Shown piece by piece: positions 32,654 through 45,237 of a DNA stretch of 64,000 bases. The DNA is from Saccharolobus islandicus REY15A (GTDB lineage Archaea > Thermoproteota > Thermoprotei_A > Sulfolobales > Sulfolobaceae), in the NCBI RefSeq assembly GCF_000189555.1, contig NC_017276.1. One strand, given 5' to 3'. A program made the position numbers and the translations under genes. Position 1 is the first letter of the stretch; each line of letters starts with the position of its first letter. Under the pieces are notes generated by a model. The model ran no database searches. It was given only the letters and a program-made list of their open reading frames with translations, and was not told the DNA's origin.

Positions 32654-33409
32654 GTGTTAATTTATCCCGAGCATAGGTATATAGATTTAGACAGAAACGG
32701 AAAACAGAAAAGTGGTATAATTCCTCCTAACGTGGTAGTAGGGAATGCATTTAACTCTTTTAGCTTTTTCCTTGAAGCTCCAAGACCTATAAGTTGGGAG
32801 GACGGTAGAGATTTGGAAAAGGTCTGGAAATTTTATTCCCTAGTTAGACCAGATATGCTAATTTATGAAGGAATTGAGGTAGATATTGTAGATTTTAACG
32901 GTGATATTCCCATAAAGAGGCCACATTATATAGTTGAATTTAAGGAGTTGGAGAACTGGTGGAAAAGGTGGAGATATCTTAAGGACTATAAGCCATTAAG
33001 CGGTAATGAGTGGAGAGCTAGATGGTTAAAGGGACTCTATGAGGGCTTAGCTGAGGTATTGGGCGTTAAGGAAAAAGAATTACCGTCCTTCTCTGAAGGA
33101 GAGACTAAAAGACTTAAGGAATATAAGGTGATAGAGTTATATAAGGCTATCTATAGGCCTAAGAAGGGTATGGTAATAAGTAGAGTGAGTGTCGATATTA
33201 CTGTAAAAGATGATTTAGGTGAAGGAATTATCTTAGTGGATGACGTTAGATTCGATTATAATAAACTTAAGGATATTGTAGACGAGTTAACTAACACAAA
33301 TAGTGTAGAAAACGTTGATATTAGGGAGTTAGCTTATAAGTTCGCGTTAAGTAAAAGAGATGAATTCATAGCGTGGTTAAAGTCACAAGGGATTTCCTTA
33401 AGTTTATAA
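32654..33409 (+). CDS. PD-(D/E)xK nuclease-like protein, possibly 5'-truncated by IS630
   Basis: RPDMLIY...IVEFKE pattern; ORF begins exactly at the IS end. Confidence 0.55.
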   Translation: MLIYPEHRYIDLDRNGKQKSGIIPPNVVVGNAFNSFSFFLEAPRPISWEDGRDLEKVWKFYSLVRPDMLIYEGIEVDIVDFNGDIPIKRPHYIVEFKELENWWKRWRYLKDYKPLSGNEWRARWLKGLYEGLAEVLGVKEKELPSFSEGETKRLKEYKVIELYKAIYRPKKGMVISRVSVDITVKDDLGEGIILVDDVRFDYNKLKDIVDELTNTNSVENVDIRELAYKFALSKRDEFIAWLKSQGISLSL

Positions 33410-33776
33410 TAAATTCATGAAATGATTTTAAATTATATAAAATAGTAAAGTGCTAAAATCTATACCAATTATTTTACACCATATTAACAATACTGTTTAT
33501 GGACTAAAAGTTAATTTGATAACTAATTTGAAAGTGTTTACATTTAGCTACATTTATGAGAATTTCACGCAAAGTGTAACGATAAGTAAGTTTTTATAAC
33601 TACACTTATTCATTAGTAACTTAATATTTCACTATCATTAGTTCATGAAAAATTATTTATATAAAAAATTAATTAAAATTATATGCATAATAAATTAAAG
33701 AATACTGTATTTAATTACTATCAAGCACTGATCATCACCAAAAAATTATTTACCTTAAAACCAAAATTAATAACTG

Positions 33777-35030
33777 ATGTTAATCCTTGCCACGTTAGGA
33801 TCTGATAAATCAGTTACCACAATTAACGCAATATTAACGGAAATTTTTACTGGATTGAATCCAAATAAGATTATAATATTTAGGGAGGATCCTCAAAAAA
33901 AGGACATTAAAGGGATGGAAAAAGCATTAGAGTATTTGGGCGTGAATACATTGATAGAGGAGAAGGTCATAGGAGAGGGTATTAAGCTGTGGAGAGAGAA
34001 GATAAGAAACGAGGAGATTGACATATTTGATATTACACCAGGGAGAAAATATATGGCATTAAGTGCAACCTATTACAGTAGGGCTGAAGAAATTAGATAC
34101 GTTTATTTAAAGGACGAAAGGGAGGGTTATAATATATTTGGTTACGTTCCCTTCGAACAATTAAAAGTCATAAACGTTAGGATTGGGGATGAAATACCTT
34201 ACGATCCACCTTTAACGCAAAACGTGAACGAGGCTGAGAGTTTATTAGATGTTGATTCACTTAGAGCCTTCATAAATATTTTAGGACTTCATGGCAAAGT
34301 AGAGATAAATGGCATAGATCTAGAAAATCCTGACCAGGTTGAAGAGATTTGTTTATTTAGATCTGGAAAATATAAATACGAAGAGGAGAAGGACATAATT
34401 AAAGAGGCAGAGAGAGGAAGTTTATTCTTAGCTGACACCAATGTTTATATTAGACTAGGTAATAGGTTAAGGAGTTTAGTTTATAATAGAAAATATGGTT
34501 TTAGACTACTTTCATCTAAGAACACATTTAATGAGCTTTATAATCATACTGCTCAAGATACTCAGAAAATTGACGAAAATAAGGTAAAATTCATTTTAGG
34601 AATGTTAAGTTATAGGTCACTTCACGTCCCTCCTATAACATCACAAGTTAGATCATCAGGAGATATGGGATTAATAAATGAGGCGTTAGAGATAAAGAAA
34701 AATGTAGAGGATAACGTGGTATTAATAACTGCAGATAAGGCTTTAGGCCTTACAGCGCAAAGTAAAGGACTAAGGACTATAATTCTGAGTAAGGTAAGAA
34801 AGGAAATTGGAGAATGGGATATAGGTGAATTATTATTCTGTCTCAGTTTCTATAACGATTATCGTAACGGCATTAGGAGAATGATAGAAATAAGCCTTAA
34901 CGGAAGTAAAATTGCAGAGCTGCACTCTTATTATCATCTCCAAGAGAGAAGGGTAAAAGTTAGAGTAGTCGATAAAAGATATAATTATCCTAAAATTCTA
35001 GAAATTTTATCAGAAATTTTAGCTACTTAA
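33777..35030 (+). CDS. CARF domain + PIN RNase domain protein (putative cOA-activated effector)
   Basis: N-terminal LATLGS and FDITPGRKYMAL CARF motifs; C-terminal LADTNVY, NE, GDMGLINEA, ITADKAL PIN motifs. Confidence 0.8.
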   Translation: MLILATLGSDKSVTTINAILTEIFTGLNPNKIIIFREDPQKKDIKGMEKALEYLGVNTLIEEKVIGEGIKLWREKIRNEEIDIFDITPGRKYMALSATYYSRAEEIRYVYLKDEREGYNIFGYVPFEQLKVINVRIGDEIPYDPPLTQNVNEAESLLDVDSLRAFINILGLHGKVEINGIDLENPDQVEEICLFRSGKYKYEEEKDIIKEAERGSLFLADTNVYIRLGNRLRSLVYNRKYGFRLLSSKNTFNELYNHTAQDTQKIDENKVKFILGMLSYRSLHVPPITSQVRSSGDMGLINEALEIKKNVEDNVVLITADKALGLTAQSKGLRTIILSKVRKEIGEWDIGELLFCLSFYNDYRNGIRRMIEISLNGSKIAELHSYYHLQERRVKVRVVDKRYNYPKILEILSEILAT

Positions 35031-35220
35031 TAAGGAATAATAGTATAGATAATATTATTATCACTACACTTATTATTATTATTAGAGGTAACATTTGAAT
35101 AGGAACAGTAGACGATAATATCATCTCTACATCATACGATATTATTGTAAGGTAAACAAGCGTTGCTCCACTTATAAGTAATACTATTAGTATTACGATA
35201 TTTTTATCGTTAAGTTTCAT
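35023..35220 (-). CDS. Small two-TM membrane protein
   Basis: 65 aa, almost entirely hydrophobic. Confidence 0.5.
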   Translation of the reverse strand: MKLNDKNIVILIVLLISGATLVYLTIISYDVEMILSSTVPIQMLPLIIIISVVIIILSILLFLIK

Positions 35221-35222
35221 AT

Positions 35223-35690
35223 GTGATTGTATTACCCAAGGGATATTTAAATCTAGGCGGATATACGATCAACTCTTCAGATAATGATGGCGTAGTTCCA
35301 GGAGAATTCGCTTTCAGTTTCTACAGAAGTACTTTACCAGATGAGAAAAACGTCGAGGATGAAATCAGAAGTATAGTAAGTAAGGCTGCAAATAACGTAA
35401 ATGTCAAATACGAAATGGAGGTTAAGTCTTATGTTCCTGGATCACTTACCCCCAAGGATTCTAAGTTAGTAAAAGTAGCGGAGGAATGTGTATATAGGGT
35501 TATAAACGTATTACCGGAGACGATAATAGCACAAATCAGATATGATGGTGTTTTCTTCAGACCTTTCGCTGAGGTCATAAATATAGGACCCGGGGATAAC
35601 GCACACATACCTAACGAGAGTGTAAGTAACATAGTTAAAACTAGTAGGATATATGGTTGTATTATCTCTACGTTATTTCTAAGGGATTAA
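35223..35690 (+). pseudogene. C-terminal fragment of an ArgE/DapE (M20A) peptidase
   Basis: Dimerisation-domain NxVPG-like segment and C-terminal IGPG.NAHIPNE; N-terminal metal-binding half missing. Confidence 0.65.
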
Positions 35691-35912
35691 TCTTTTGTCA
35701 ATTAACTAAATAACTGAGAAAATTAATATATACCAAAAATTAAGAATATTTTATAAAAAATTTTATAAATTATTTTTAAATTTTAGATTAATATGGAAAA
35801 TATATTAATAAGAGTTAAAATAGGTAAAACGAGGTCTAAGCTATTGCAGTAGCCAATAGTGCCAAGTTAATATAGATAAGCTTTTAATATAAGTTTAAAC
35901 ATAAGTTTAAAC

Positions 35913-36122
35913 ATGGCAAAGACTATAACTATATCAAACAAAGCATATGAAGCCCTTCTTAAGGAGAAGAAAGAAGGGGAAAGTTTTTCAGATGTAATAA
36001 TTAGGTTAACATCTAGTGGAAATAAGGAGAAATTACTTAAATTTGCAGGAATTTGGAAAGACGCCAAAATAGACGATGTAATGAAAGAATTAGAAGAAAT
36101 GTGGTCCAAATGGAATGTTTAG
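35913..36122 (+). CDS. vapB: VapB antitoxin (DUF217-type)
   Basis: KTITISNKAYEALLKEKKEGESFSDVIIRL signature. Confidence 0.88.
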   Translation: MAKTITISNKAYEALLKEKKEGESFSDVIIRLTSSGNKEKLLKFAGIWKDAKIDDVMKELEEMWSKWNV

Positions 36123-36502
36123 ATAGTGATATCATAATAGACTTCTTGAAGGGAAGAGACGAGGCAGTAAATTATATAAAAAAGAGTAAAGAAGAATTAG
36201 CTATAACTTCTATAAATGTTTTTGAGGTTTATTTTGGAGGATATAAGATAGGTAAGACGAAATGCCTAGAAGACTTCTTTTCCTCGCTTAAAATCTTAAC
36301 GTTAGATTATAACGCGTCAAAGAAAGCTGCGGAAATTGGAACTAAATTATCGAATGAAGGAAGGCAAATTGAAGTAAAAGATTTGCTTATCGCATCTATT
36401 TGTATAGTTAATGGTTGCACACTAGTTACATCTAATATTAAACATTTCTCGAGAATAAACGAATTGAAGTTAAAGAATTGGAGAAATGAAGTTTTTTATT
36501 GA
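36110..36502 (+). CDS. vapC: VapC PIN toxin
   Basis: LDSDIIIDF, FEVYFG, DLLIASI, LVTSNIKHF motifs. Confidence 0.9.
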   Translation: MECLDSDIIIDFLKGRDEAVNYIKKSKEELAITSINVFEVYFGGYKIGKTKCLEDFFSSLKILTLDYNASKKAAEIGTKLSNEGRQIEVKDLLIASICIVNGCTLVTSNIKHFSRINELKLKNWRNEVFY

Positions 36503-36650
36503 GGTTATAAAACAATAACTTTTACTCCTTCTTTCTCAGCAAATTCCTTAACCTTATCAGCTGCAGTTATTAAATAATAGTTAAGGTCTTTAGCCAAAAG
36601 TACTGCTTCAGTTTCCTCAACGCTTAACCCTTCTAAAGGTTGGAATTTAT

Positions 36651-37968
36651 CTTAACAAGGGGTTCAAAGGGGGCGAAAGACCCCTTCCGTGAGGGAGGAG
36701 ATGGATAGCCCCCTTATTTAAATAATTCTTTTTCAAATATTCTATTAATGTCTGACGTAGGGTTACGCTTTAGAGCTTACGCTGACGAACAAACATTGAG
36801 GGCGTTAAAAGCCCAATTGAGGTTAGCGTGTGAAGTGTACAACACCCTACGTTGGGCAGACATCTATTTTCATGAGAGAGACGGAAAAGGACTCACTAAG
36901 ACGGAGTTGAGACAACTAGCTCTCGATCTAAGAAAACAGGATAAACAATATCAACATCTATATTCCCAAACACTACAACAGATCGCAGACAGATTCTACG
37001 ACGCTAGACAGAGGTTCTTCGAAGGGTTAGCACACTTCCCCAAGGAAAAGAAAGCACACAAGTGGTACTCACTAGTATACCCTCAGTCAGGTTGGAAAGT
37101 CATGAAGGTGAGAGAAATAAGGACGAAAAGCAAGAAGAACAAGAAGAAGGTAATGACGCTTCAGCTTTCAAACCTAGGTATCTTCAACGTCGTTGTTCAT
37201 AGGGATTTCCAACTGGAAAAAGTGGAGAGGGTAGTAGTCAAGCTGGCACCTTCAGGCAGATTGTACATCACTTTCGTTGTGGATCAAGAGTATCCTCAAC
37301 TCCCCAAGACAAACAAAGTTGTTGCTGTGGACGTTGGTGTAGAGAAACTTCTCACTACCTCTGACGGGGAATACGTGCCAAACATGAGGCCTTACGAGAA
37401 GGCACTCAACAAGATGAAGAGGCTTCATAAAGCTCTTTCAAGGAAGAAGTTCTTGTCACACAACTGGTTTAAGGCAAAGGTTAAGCTTGCAAGGGCTTAT
37501 GAGCACTTGAAGAACCTGAGGATGGATATGTACATGAAACTGGGGAAGTATTTTGCTGAGCATTATGATGTTCTCGTAATGGAGGATATTCATGTTAAGC
37601 AAATTGTTGGTAAGTCTCTCAGAAGGCTGAGGATGAGGTTGCACGATGTTGCTTTTCATGAGTTTAGGAGTATTATGGAGTATCAAGTTGGGAAGTATGG
37701 TAAGGAGATTCGTTTTGTTAATCCTGCTTTTACTTCAATGATTTGTGCTAGGTGTGGTTACGTTAAGAAGGACTTGGCTTTGGCTGACCGTGTGTTTGTC
37801 TGTCCTTCCTGCGGTTGGACTGTAGACCGTGATTATAATGCTTCTCTTAATATTCTGAGTAGATCGGGGTTGGAACGACCCTTAGTGCCTGTGGAGCTGA
37901 GACCTCTACCTTTGGCAAGCCTCGGCTGTGAAGCAGGAAGCCACGTCCGTTAGGGCGTGGTAGTTCAC
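36651..37968 (+). mobile_element. tnpB-only IS200/IS605 element (IS1341/ISC1316-like, 1318 bp)
   Basis: Left end CTTAACAAGGGG after TTTAT, right end GTGGTAGTTCAC; boundaries confirmed by reconstituting the interrupted gene with no TSD. Confidence 0.9.
36748..37953 (+). CDS. tnpB: TnpB RNA-guided endonuclease (appears intact)
   Basis: AVDVG, MEDI, DRDYNAS RuvC motifs; CARC/CPSC Zn finger. Confidence 0.95.
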   Translation: MSDVGLRFRAYADEQTLRALKAQLRLACEVYNTLRWADIYFHERDGKGLTKTELRQLALDLRKQDKQYQHLYSQTLQQIADRFYDARQRFFEGLAHFPKEKKAHKWYSLVYPQSGWKVMKVREIRTKSKKNKKKVMTLQLSNLGIFNVVVHRDFQLEKVERVVVKLAPSGRLYITFVVDQEYPQLPKTNKVVAVDVGVEKLLTTSDGEYVPNMRPYEKALNKMKRLHKALSRKKFLSHNWFKAKVKLARAYEHLKNLRMDMYMKLGKYFAEHYDVLVMEDIHVKQIVGKSLRRLRMRLHDVAFHEFRSIMEYQVGKYGKEIRFVNPAFTSMICARCGYVKKDLALADRVFVCPSCGWTVDRDYNASLNILSRSGLERPLVPVELRPLPLASLGCEAGSHVR

Positions 37969-38134
37969 GAGAGTAAACCAAAACCTTGACTCCTTCATCC
38001 AAAGCCTTATTAACATCTATCCCTTCCTTTAGTGCAAGAGATAAGCCAGAGGTCGTAATTATTAAGGAATATTTTCTTTTAAACTTTTCAACAATCTTGT
38101 CCAATCTTTTAAAAAAGATTTGGAGATATAACCG

Positions 38135-39680
<1,546 letters not shown>

Positions 39681-39843
39681 AGAAGAAGGAAGTATATTGT
39701 ACAAATACGATTTTAGATTGCAAGTTATAACTGCTATCTAAATCTTACTTTTTATGTGAAAAAGAAGCCTATTTCTATCAATAATTTGCAGACAAAAGAG
39801 TTAAGCGCGGTATCTTTATTATTCTAAAAGGAAACTTAGTAAT

Positions 39844-40095
39844 ATGATTAATAAAATAACAATAAGGAACTTTAAGAGCCTTGAAAGCGTAGATGTTGAT
39901 CTTAAGAAAATTAATGTTTTGATAGGGCCTAACGGTTCGGGCAAGACAGCGTTTGTCGAATCTCTTTTATTATCGAGAAATATAATTTCTAAGCTTTTAG
40001 GCTATTCACCGTTTGGCATGTGGTGGGGTTATGAAAACGTAGTTTATAAAAGAGATACATCAAGAAGTATAGTCATAGAGTTTAAAATTTTCTAG
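39844..40095 (+). pseudogene. N-terminal fragment of an AAA_21/ABC-type ATPase
   Basis: ITIRNFKSL, GPNGSGKT Walker A; no Walker B half. Confidence 0.75.
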
Positions 40096-40250
40096 AATTA
40101 ATACGCCATGGGTCAGCTAATTTTCTTAAATTAATATGAGAAGGATGAGCTCTAAGTTCAACATTTAATTAAAAAGTTTAAGCTTATTCTAGCCAACTAA
40201 ATCCTTACTAAAAAGCGCTAGAGAAAATGATTTATTACAGTCAAATATTG

Positions 40251-40440
40251 TGTTTACCGTGGCGTAATTTCTCCTTAATTTTTAATACTTTCAATTACTC
40301 CATGGATTTACATGCATCCATGAAAGATTGGGGTTATCCCGCTAAGGGGCGGAAGGGTAACGGAAGTTACTCTGGTAAAGCCCAAGGGCTAAGAATTGAT
40401 ATGTAATCCTATGAAGTCCAAACCCCTAAGTTACAATGTT
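40251..40440. mobile_element. IS607/IS605-superfamily end remnant
   Basis: gtgtttac.cgtggcgtaa end resembles 6894 and 57600; followed by tnpB-tail-like sequence in the opposite orientation. Confidence 0.5.
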
Positions 40441-40760
40441 AGATAATAAATATATATTACGGTCTTTCGGTAAAGTTAGCAAAATTTCTTAATTGTTGAC
40501 GGTTTATTAGTAGGAAATAATGTGATAATTCTTCTTTTATTATCAGACTGGACAAAAACCACGATAAGATATAAACAATTAAAGCTTAATTTTTTACAAT
40601 AACTTTCCTCATCATTAAGTTTTTTGGCAAATACTTTCTCATCTTTACAAAACTCATCAATTACTCTCCGAATTTCACCTACTATTTCTATCCCGTAATT
40701 TTTGCTTAGTTCTTCTAACCTAAGTCTTAGCCTTTCTTGGGCATGTATTGAAATTCACAT

Positions 40761-41150
40761 TTAATATAGAACCACCGTTGAGACCATTACGCATGGCGAG
40801 CCAAATGAATCCCTATAATCTGGATAAATTGAAATATTAGTAACATTTACTATAATGTTGAAAATTTTCTCATCTATTTTCAACACAATCTTAGGCTCAT
40901 TTAAAACCTCAGTCTTCCTAATCCGTGCAGGCCTGGAATTTAAAGTATTACTAGAACAAAGAGGGCCAAATCTTGGTTTATCAGTATTCACAGATATAAT
41001 GTTCTGAACGACGAAAGAGTATTTATCATCCTTCTTGAACACTTTGAGCAAAACAGGGTGGAGAATTAACTCTAAGTTTTCTTCATCGGTTTCTATCTTG
41101 TACTTCCCCTCATGAATTTCTTGTAAGGTATAGTTTAGGACTTCACTCAC
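40761..41150 (-). CDS. Hypothetical protein
   Basis: 129-aa ORF coupled to the upstream ORF; no recognisable motif. Confidence 0.55.
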   Translation of the reverse strand: MSEVLNYTLQEIHEGKYKIETDEENLELILHPVLLKVFKKDDKYSFVVQNIISVNTDKPRFGPLCSSNTLNSRPARIRKTEVLNEPKIVLKIDEKIFNIIVNVTNISIYPDYRDSFGSPCVMVSTVVLY

Positions 41151-41409
41151 TTTTAATTCCCTTTATACCTTCTTTTAGATCTTTATCCAACGGTTCTATT
41201 GAGATATAAGATATCCTACCGTTCTCGTCGACTCCAATAGTGACAAAAGCCTCACCTTCAAAGCTTTTCTCAACACTTCTCTTGAATTCAACTATAAGAT
41301 TACCAAAATCATTATCTACTAGCACTTGAAAAGGAGCGCTAGAGAAGGATAAGGACTGAAAATTCGTGGAAATCTGAGAACCGGATTGACTAATTCCCCA
41401 CTCTTCCAT
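41143..41409 (-). CDS. Small protein, DUF2283-like C-terminus
   Basis: VTIGVDENGRISYISIE pattern. Confidence 0.45.
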   Translation of the reverse strand: MEEWGISQSGSQISTNFQSLSFSSAPFQVLVDNDFGNLIVEFKRSVEKSFEGEAFVTIGVDENGRISYISIEPLDKDLKEGIKGIKSE

Positions 41410-41694
41410 AATTCCTATTATGTACTCTAGGTATTAAATTGTTTTGAGCATAATGTTGTCGTTGACAAATTAAACACAAGCTCAATTGTCTTAACAGTTT
41501 GCGTAAATTTCCAATCAATAGAGTAAACTCATTTATTTTACACAAAAATATTTAATTAATAGTTAAATAATTGAATCATCACGCGAGAGTTTCAAACTTT
41601 TTAGACAGCTCAAAGGCTTCTCTTTATTCGTACTAATTATGTAAGCACTACTAGACTAAAATAATTTATTAATTATCTATCACAATTCTCACAT

Positions 41695-42165
41695 ATGGAG
41701 GAGCTAATAAAGAAGGCCGAAGATATAGGAATTAACGTTGAAGACGTACTGATAAGCTTGATAAGCAAGAATGATCCTAAAGAGGAGATAAAGCTTAGGC
41801 TTGATCTTGCTAAGAAGTATATGAAAGAATGCGAGGAGTACTTAAAGAAGAACGACCCAGTTCAAGCTTCTGAAAAGGCTTATAAAGTTGCGGAAGAGCT
41901 AATTAAGGCTTTGTCTGAGAAGTTTAACCTTGAAGAATATCAAAAAACCTTGAAGGAAGGCAGATGGTATGCTTACCTCCTCGTGTCGGCTTCTAGTAAG
42001 CTCTCTCAGAAATTGGGAGACTGGGTATTGTCAGGCTGGGACGCTGGGTACTCACTTCACGTATGGGGTTTTCATGAGGCGAAGCTTGCAATAAATGACA
42101 TTTTACCGAGAGTAGAAAAGGTAAGAAAAATGCTTGAAGAAAGTGAAAAAATACTTGCCAATTAG
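41695..42165 (+). CDS. PaREP1 (HEPN-like) family protein
   Basis: DPVQASEKAYKVAEELIKAL, LHVWGFHE motifs. Confidence 0.88.
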   Translation: MEELIKKAEDIGINVEDVLISLISKNDPKEEIKLRLDLAKKYMKECEEYLKKNDPVQASEKAYKVAEELIKALSEKFNLEEYQKTLKEGRWYAYLLVSASSKLSQKLGDWVLSGWDAGYSLHVWGFHEAKLAINDILPRVEKVRKMLEESEKILAN

Positions 42166-42370
42166 TCATTGCTTATCTAAAGTCATGGATATCTAAATGA
42201 TATTTGATTAAGTAATCTAATTAAAAGGCAAGAATTATTAATATTATATAAACCATACTAGTACAGATAACTTTATTAATTTCATACAAATTTTTGTAAC
42301 TAAAGAGATAAAAGAGTTATTATTTTCAAATAAAATAGTTATTGACGGTTATCTTGCCCTACATATGTTA

Positions 42371-42784
42371 TTATATGTTTACACGCTTTGCGTAATCCTT
42401 TAGCCTATCCCAATCCTTATCGTTAGATAGAACATTAACTCCTTGCCTTTTAGCAATTACAGCAAGAACTGCATCAACAGCGTCTACGTCTTTATCTTTC
42501 ATCACTTCAAATGCCTCAACAAAATCCTTTATGTTCGGATATTCTAATTGAACATTTTGCTGATATAACATCTTCAAAAATTCTCGACCGAACGCTAAAT
42601 ATTTATTGGCGACTTCCCGTTTATTTTTCTTCATAGCTTCAAGTGCATTTTTCCTTATTACCTCCATCACTTCTACAAGGACAAGATCCGAATATACTGG
42701 ATCATAGCTCCCAAGTAAGTTAAATAGTTTATTTCTCTTTTCTATAATTATATTGGTATCAACTAGTACTTTCAATTTCACCAC
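42371..42784 (-). CDS. PIN-domain (VapC-like) protein
   Basis: VLVDTNII, LVEV, DAVDAVL, LSNDKD motifs. Confidence 0.88.
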   Translation of the reverse strand: MVKLKVLVDTNIIIEKRNKLFNLLGSYDPVYSDLVLVEVMEVIRKNALEAMKKNKREVANKYLAFGREFLKMLYQQNVQLEYPNIKDFVEAFEVMKDKDVDAVDAVLAVIAKRQGVNVLSNDKDWDRLKDYAKRVNI

Positions 42785-43296
42785 TACTTAGAAAGCCAGT
42801 ACAGTTGTTGCGAGAGGTGCCCCTTGTATTTATCCATCGTGAACTCCCCGCATACTGGAATAATTTCCTCACCTAAGCCGTTAATCAGAGTCAATGAAAG
42901 GACAATGTACTCCACTCTCTTTACTAAGCTGCAATCGCTCAAATAGATGATCTTTGCCTCCTGATCTACAGGAGTTAGGTTATGCTTTATTTCTATTTTA
43001 TATTCCCAACCAAGGTCTTTCATTACTTCTTCCAGATCCAAAGAATTAACGTCAGGCAAAACTGTCTCTTCTAAGTTAGAGTCCCTCACGTATTTCAACC
43101 AGTCTCCATACGTCGTAAAATATATTGGATTCCCTTCATTATCATATTCTATACGCAATACTCTGAAAGGTGGTGCATATAAACTACTAATAGGATATAA
43201 AGATTGTAAATATGTAGTAGTCATTAATAATATATTATTTAGTATTTCAGTTGTAGATCTTAAAGACTCTATCTCGCGCAACTTTTCTCTAGTCAA
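42784..43296 (-). CDS. Hypothetical protein coupled to PIN gene
   Basis: Stop abuts the PIN start; no confident family. Confidence 0.65.
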   Translation of the reverse strand: MTREKLREIESLRSTTEILNNILLMTTTYLQSLYPISSLYAPPFRVLRIEYDNEGNPIYFTTYGDWLKYVRDSNLEETVLPDVNSLDLEEVMKDLGWEYKIEIKHNLTPVDQEAKIIYLSDCSLVKRVEYIVLSLTLINGLGEEIIPVCGEFTMDKYKGHLSQQLYWLSK

Positions 43297-43298
43297 GC

Positions 43299-43898
43299 TT
43301 AAGCTAATTTTTCATCACCTCTTACTATCTTCTCTATCTCATTTATTAGACTTTTAATTACATCTACGCTTACTTGCCTATTCCTATAAATTATTTCGAC
43401 TAAGGATTTCCTCGTGTCGAGAACATAAGGCAAAACATTTATTGACGATAGGTATTCAGACTCCCTCAAGTCGCCTTCGTTACTATAGTCCAATAACACG
43501 TAGCCTGCCTTTTTATATTTAGATAATCCGCGTAATTCTACGTCCAAGACGTAAATTAACATAACCTCAATTAAATAGTCTATATTTAACAATTTTCCTA
43601 GCTCAGATAACTTCAAAATAGCGTCCTCAACTTTCTCATCAGTAGTTTTACCTAATGCTGCCTGCAAAATAATTTTCTTCTTCTCTGTAAAGGAAACCTC
43701 ATATATCAGTAATTGTAAGTCGTCATAAGTTATAGTAGTAAGAAGGGAAGAAGGAACGGGGACGTTAGGATATAATGACTCACTTACAGAAATTAAAGGC
43801 AATTTTAGGTTTACTTTATCATTAGACAGTACCTTCAAAATTGCATCCTTACTAGAATTAGTAATAAGCGAGACGGAAGCGTAACGAAACTCAGTCAT
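43299..43898 (-). CDS. Hypothetical protein, first gene of a three-gene operon
   Basis: 199-aa ORF ending 2 bp before the next start. Confidence 0.65.
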   Translation of the reverse strand: MTEFRYASVSLITNSSKDAILKVLSNDKVNLKLPLISVSESLYPNVPVPSSLLTTITYDDLQLLIYEVSFTEKKKIILQAALGKTTDEKVEDAILKLSELGKLLNIDYLIEVMLIYVLDVELRGLSKYKKAGYVLLDYSNEGDLRESEYLSSINVLPYVLDTRKSLVEIIYRNRQVSVDVIKSLINEIEKIVRGDEKLA

Positions 43899-44009
43899 AA
43901 TTAAAGTTTAGAGTCAATTCTAATAAAGGTTAATTAGATCCATATCGACGTTATTTGTATATTCATTATCTGAAGCAACGTAAGTAATTTACACTAACCG
44001 AATTTACCT

Positions 44010-45237
44010 GAGAATGTCCGGAATGTAATTATCTGAATGAATATATAAATGGAATGATAAATATTAATATTATCAGAAGTATAAAACCTGGTTAATCTGG
44101 AAAAACTTGATCATGGAAAAATATCAAGTTAAGAAGATTTATTTGTCATGCATGGTGATGCTTGAGTGCGTGATGACGTTTCTTAGAGTTGAACTATTCG
44201 ACGTCCTGGAGGGGTTCTCCGTTGGACGGCTAGGAACATCCTGATATTGTAGAAGACTCCCAGGACGTGGAGGAAGGCTTCGTTCCTCCACACCGTGGTC
44301 CCATAGGGCCTCCAGAACTTGTACAGGAAGGTACCGAAGAACTCCACGTGGGCCCTCAGAGTCGTGAAAGGTTTCTCCATAGCTATGAGCTGGGTTGGGG
44401 AGGGCGAGAAACCCCTATCAGCTATCTTAATCCCCTTGAGCGGGGACTTAAATCTCTCATCCGAGAAGTTGGCAGGCTTCACCGTGATGGACCTTACGAA
44501 GAGGGAAGTGGAGATAACTATTAGGGCCTTCAGCCCGAAGTGAGAGACTCCCCTCTTCTTGGTCCACTTCCCCTTGAATCTCCTCTTAGTTCTCCCCAAG
44601 GAGAGCAGCTTCTTGGCCTTCTTCAAGTTACCTTCCTTCTTCTCCAGCTCTGCCTTCTCTCGGAAGGTCTCCACGCTCCTCTTCCCAAAAGGTAAGTCTA
44701 GAAGGAAGGAGTCAACGAGCCACGCAATGAAGTCCAGGAAGTGGGCACTGGCAGGGAGGTAACTGGGTAGGCACTTCTCCTCAAGCTTGAAGGAAATTTC
44801 CAGCAACTTCTTCCTTACTTCGTATACTCTTCCCACGAAATCGTGTAATGTGCTCTTGCCCACTTTCCTCCCAACGAACTACGCCACAACGACGTTCACG
44901 TTGACCATCTTTACCGCGTCTCTATAGGAACAGGAGTAGAGTACCATGACGATTAGTAACTTCAGGTAAATCAGAGTGCCTTCTCCTAGAACTCTTTCTA
45001 AATCTAGGGTGTCTAGCACGGGTTTGATATCCGTTAACCATTTTTCCCTCCACGGCATATCCTCTCTTGGGGGGAGAGAATAGTACACTAAGTTTGGGAT
45101 GCGTCTTAGTGTACGTGCCATGGTACTACTCTCTCCTCCCATAACTTAAGTATTACTACAATTTAATCCAAGATAATGCTAAGAATCAATTTATTCTCAA
45201 AAATTAAAATTCAGTTTTTTACATTCCGGACACTCTC
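44010..45237 (-). mobile_element. 1228-bp IS (IS5-like, ISC1234/ISC1212 type), copy 1; transposase has a nonsense codon
   Basis: 19-bp TIR GAGA(A/G)TGTCCGGAATGTAA; TGG>TAG at 44879-44881 relative to copy 2; flanks ACCT / TCGA. Confidence 0.85.

Larger units (their letters stand above)
36499..38134 (-). pseudogene. PIN-like gene split by a tnpB-only IS and hit at its 5' end by a MITE
   Basis: Removing 36651-37968 restores the frame ..DEGVKVLVYS|HKFQPLEGLSVEETEAVLLAKDLNYYLITAADKVKEFAEKEGVKVIVL*. Confidence 0.75.

Noticed and set aside
40530-40760. Possible DUF4258-like toxin remnant (M*ISIHAQERLRLR..)
   Set aside because: Stop at codon 2 and a further stop; similarity rests on a short motif, too weak to call.
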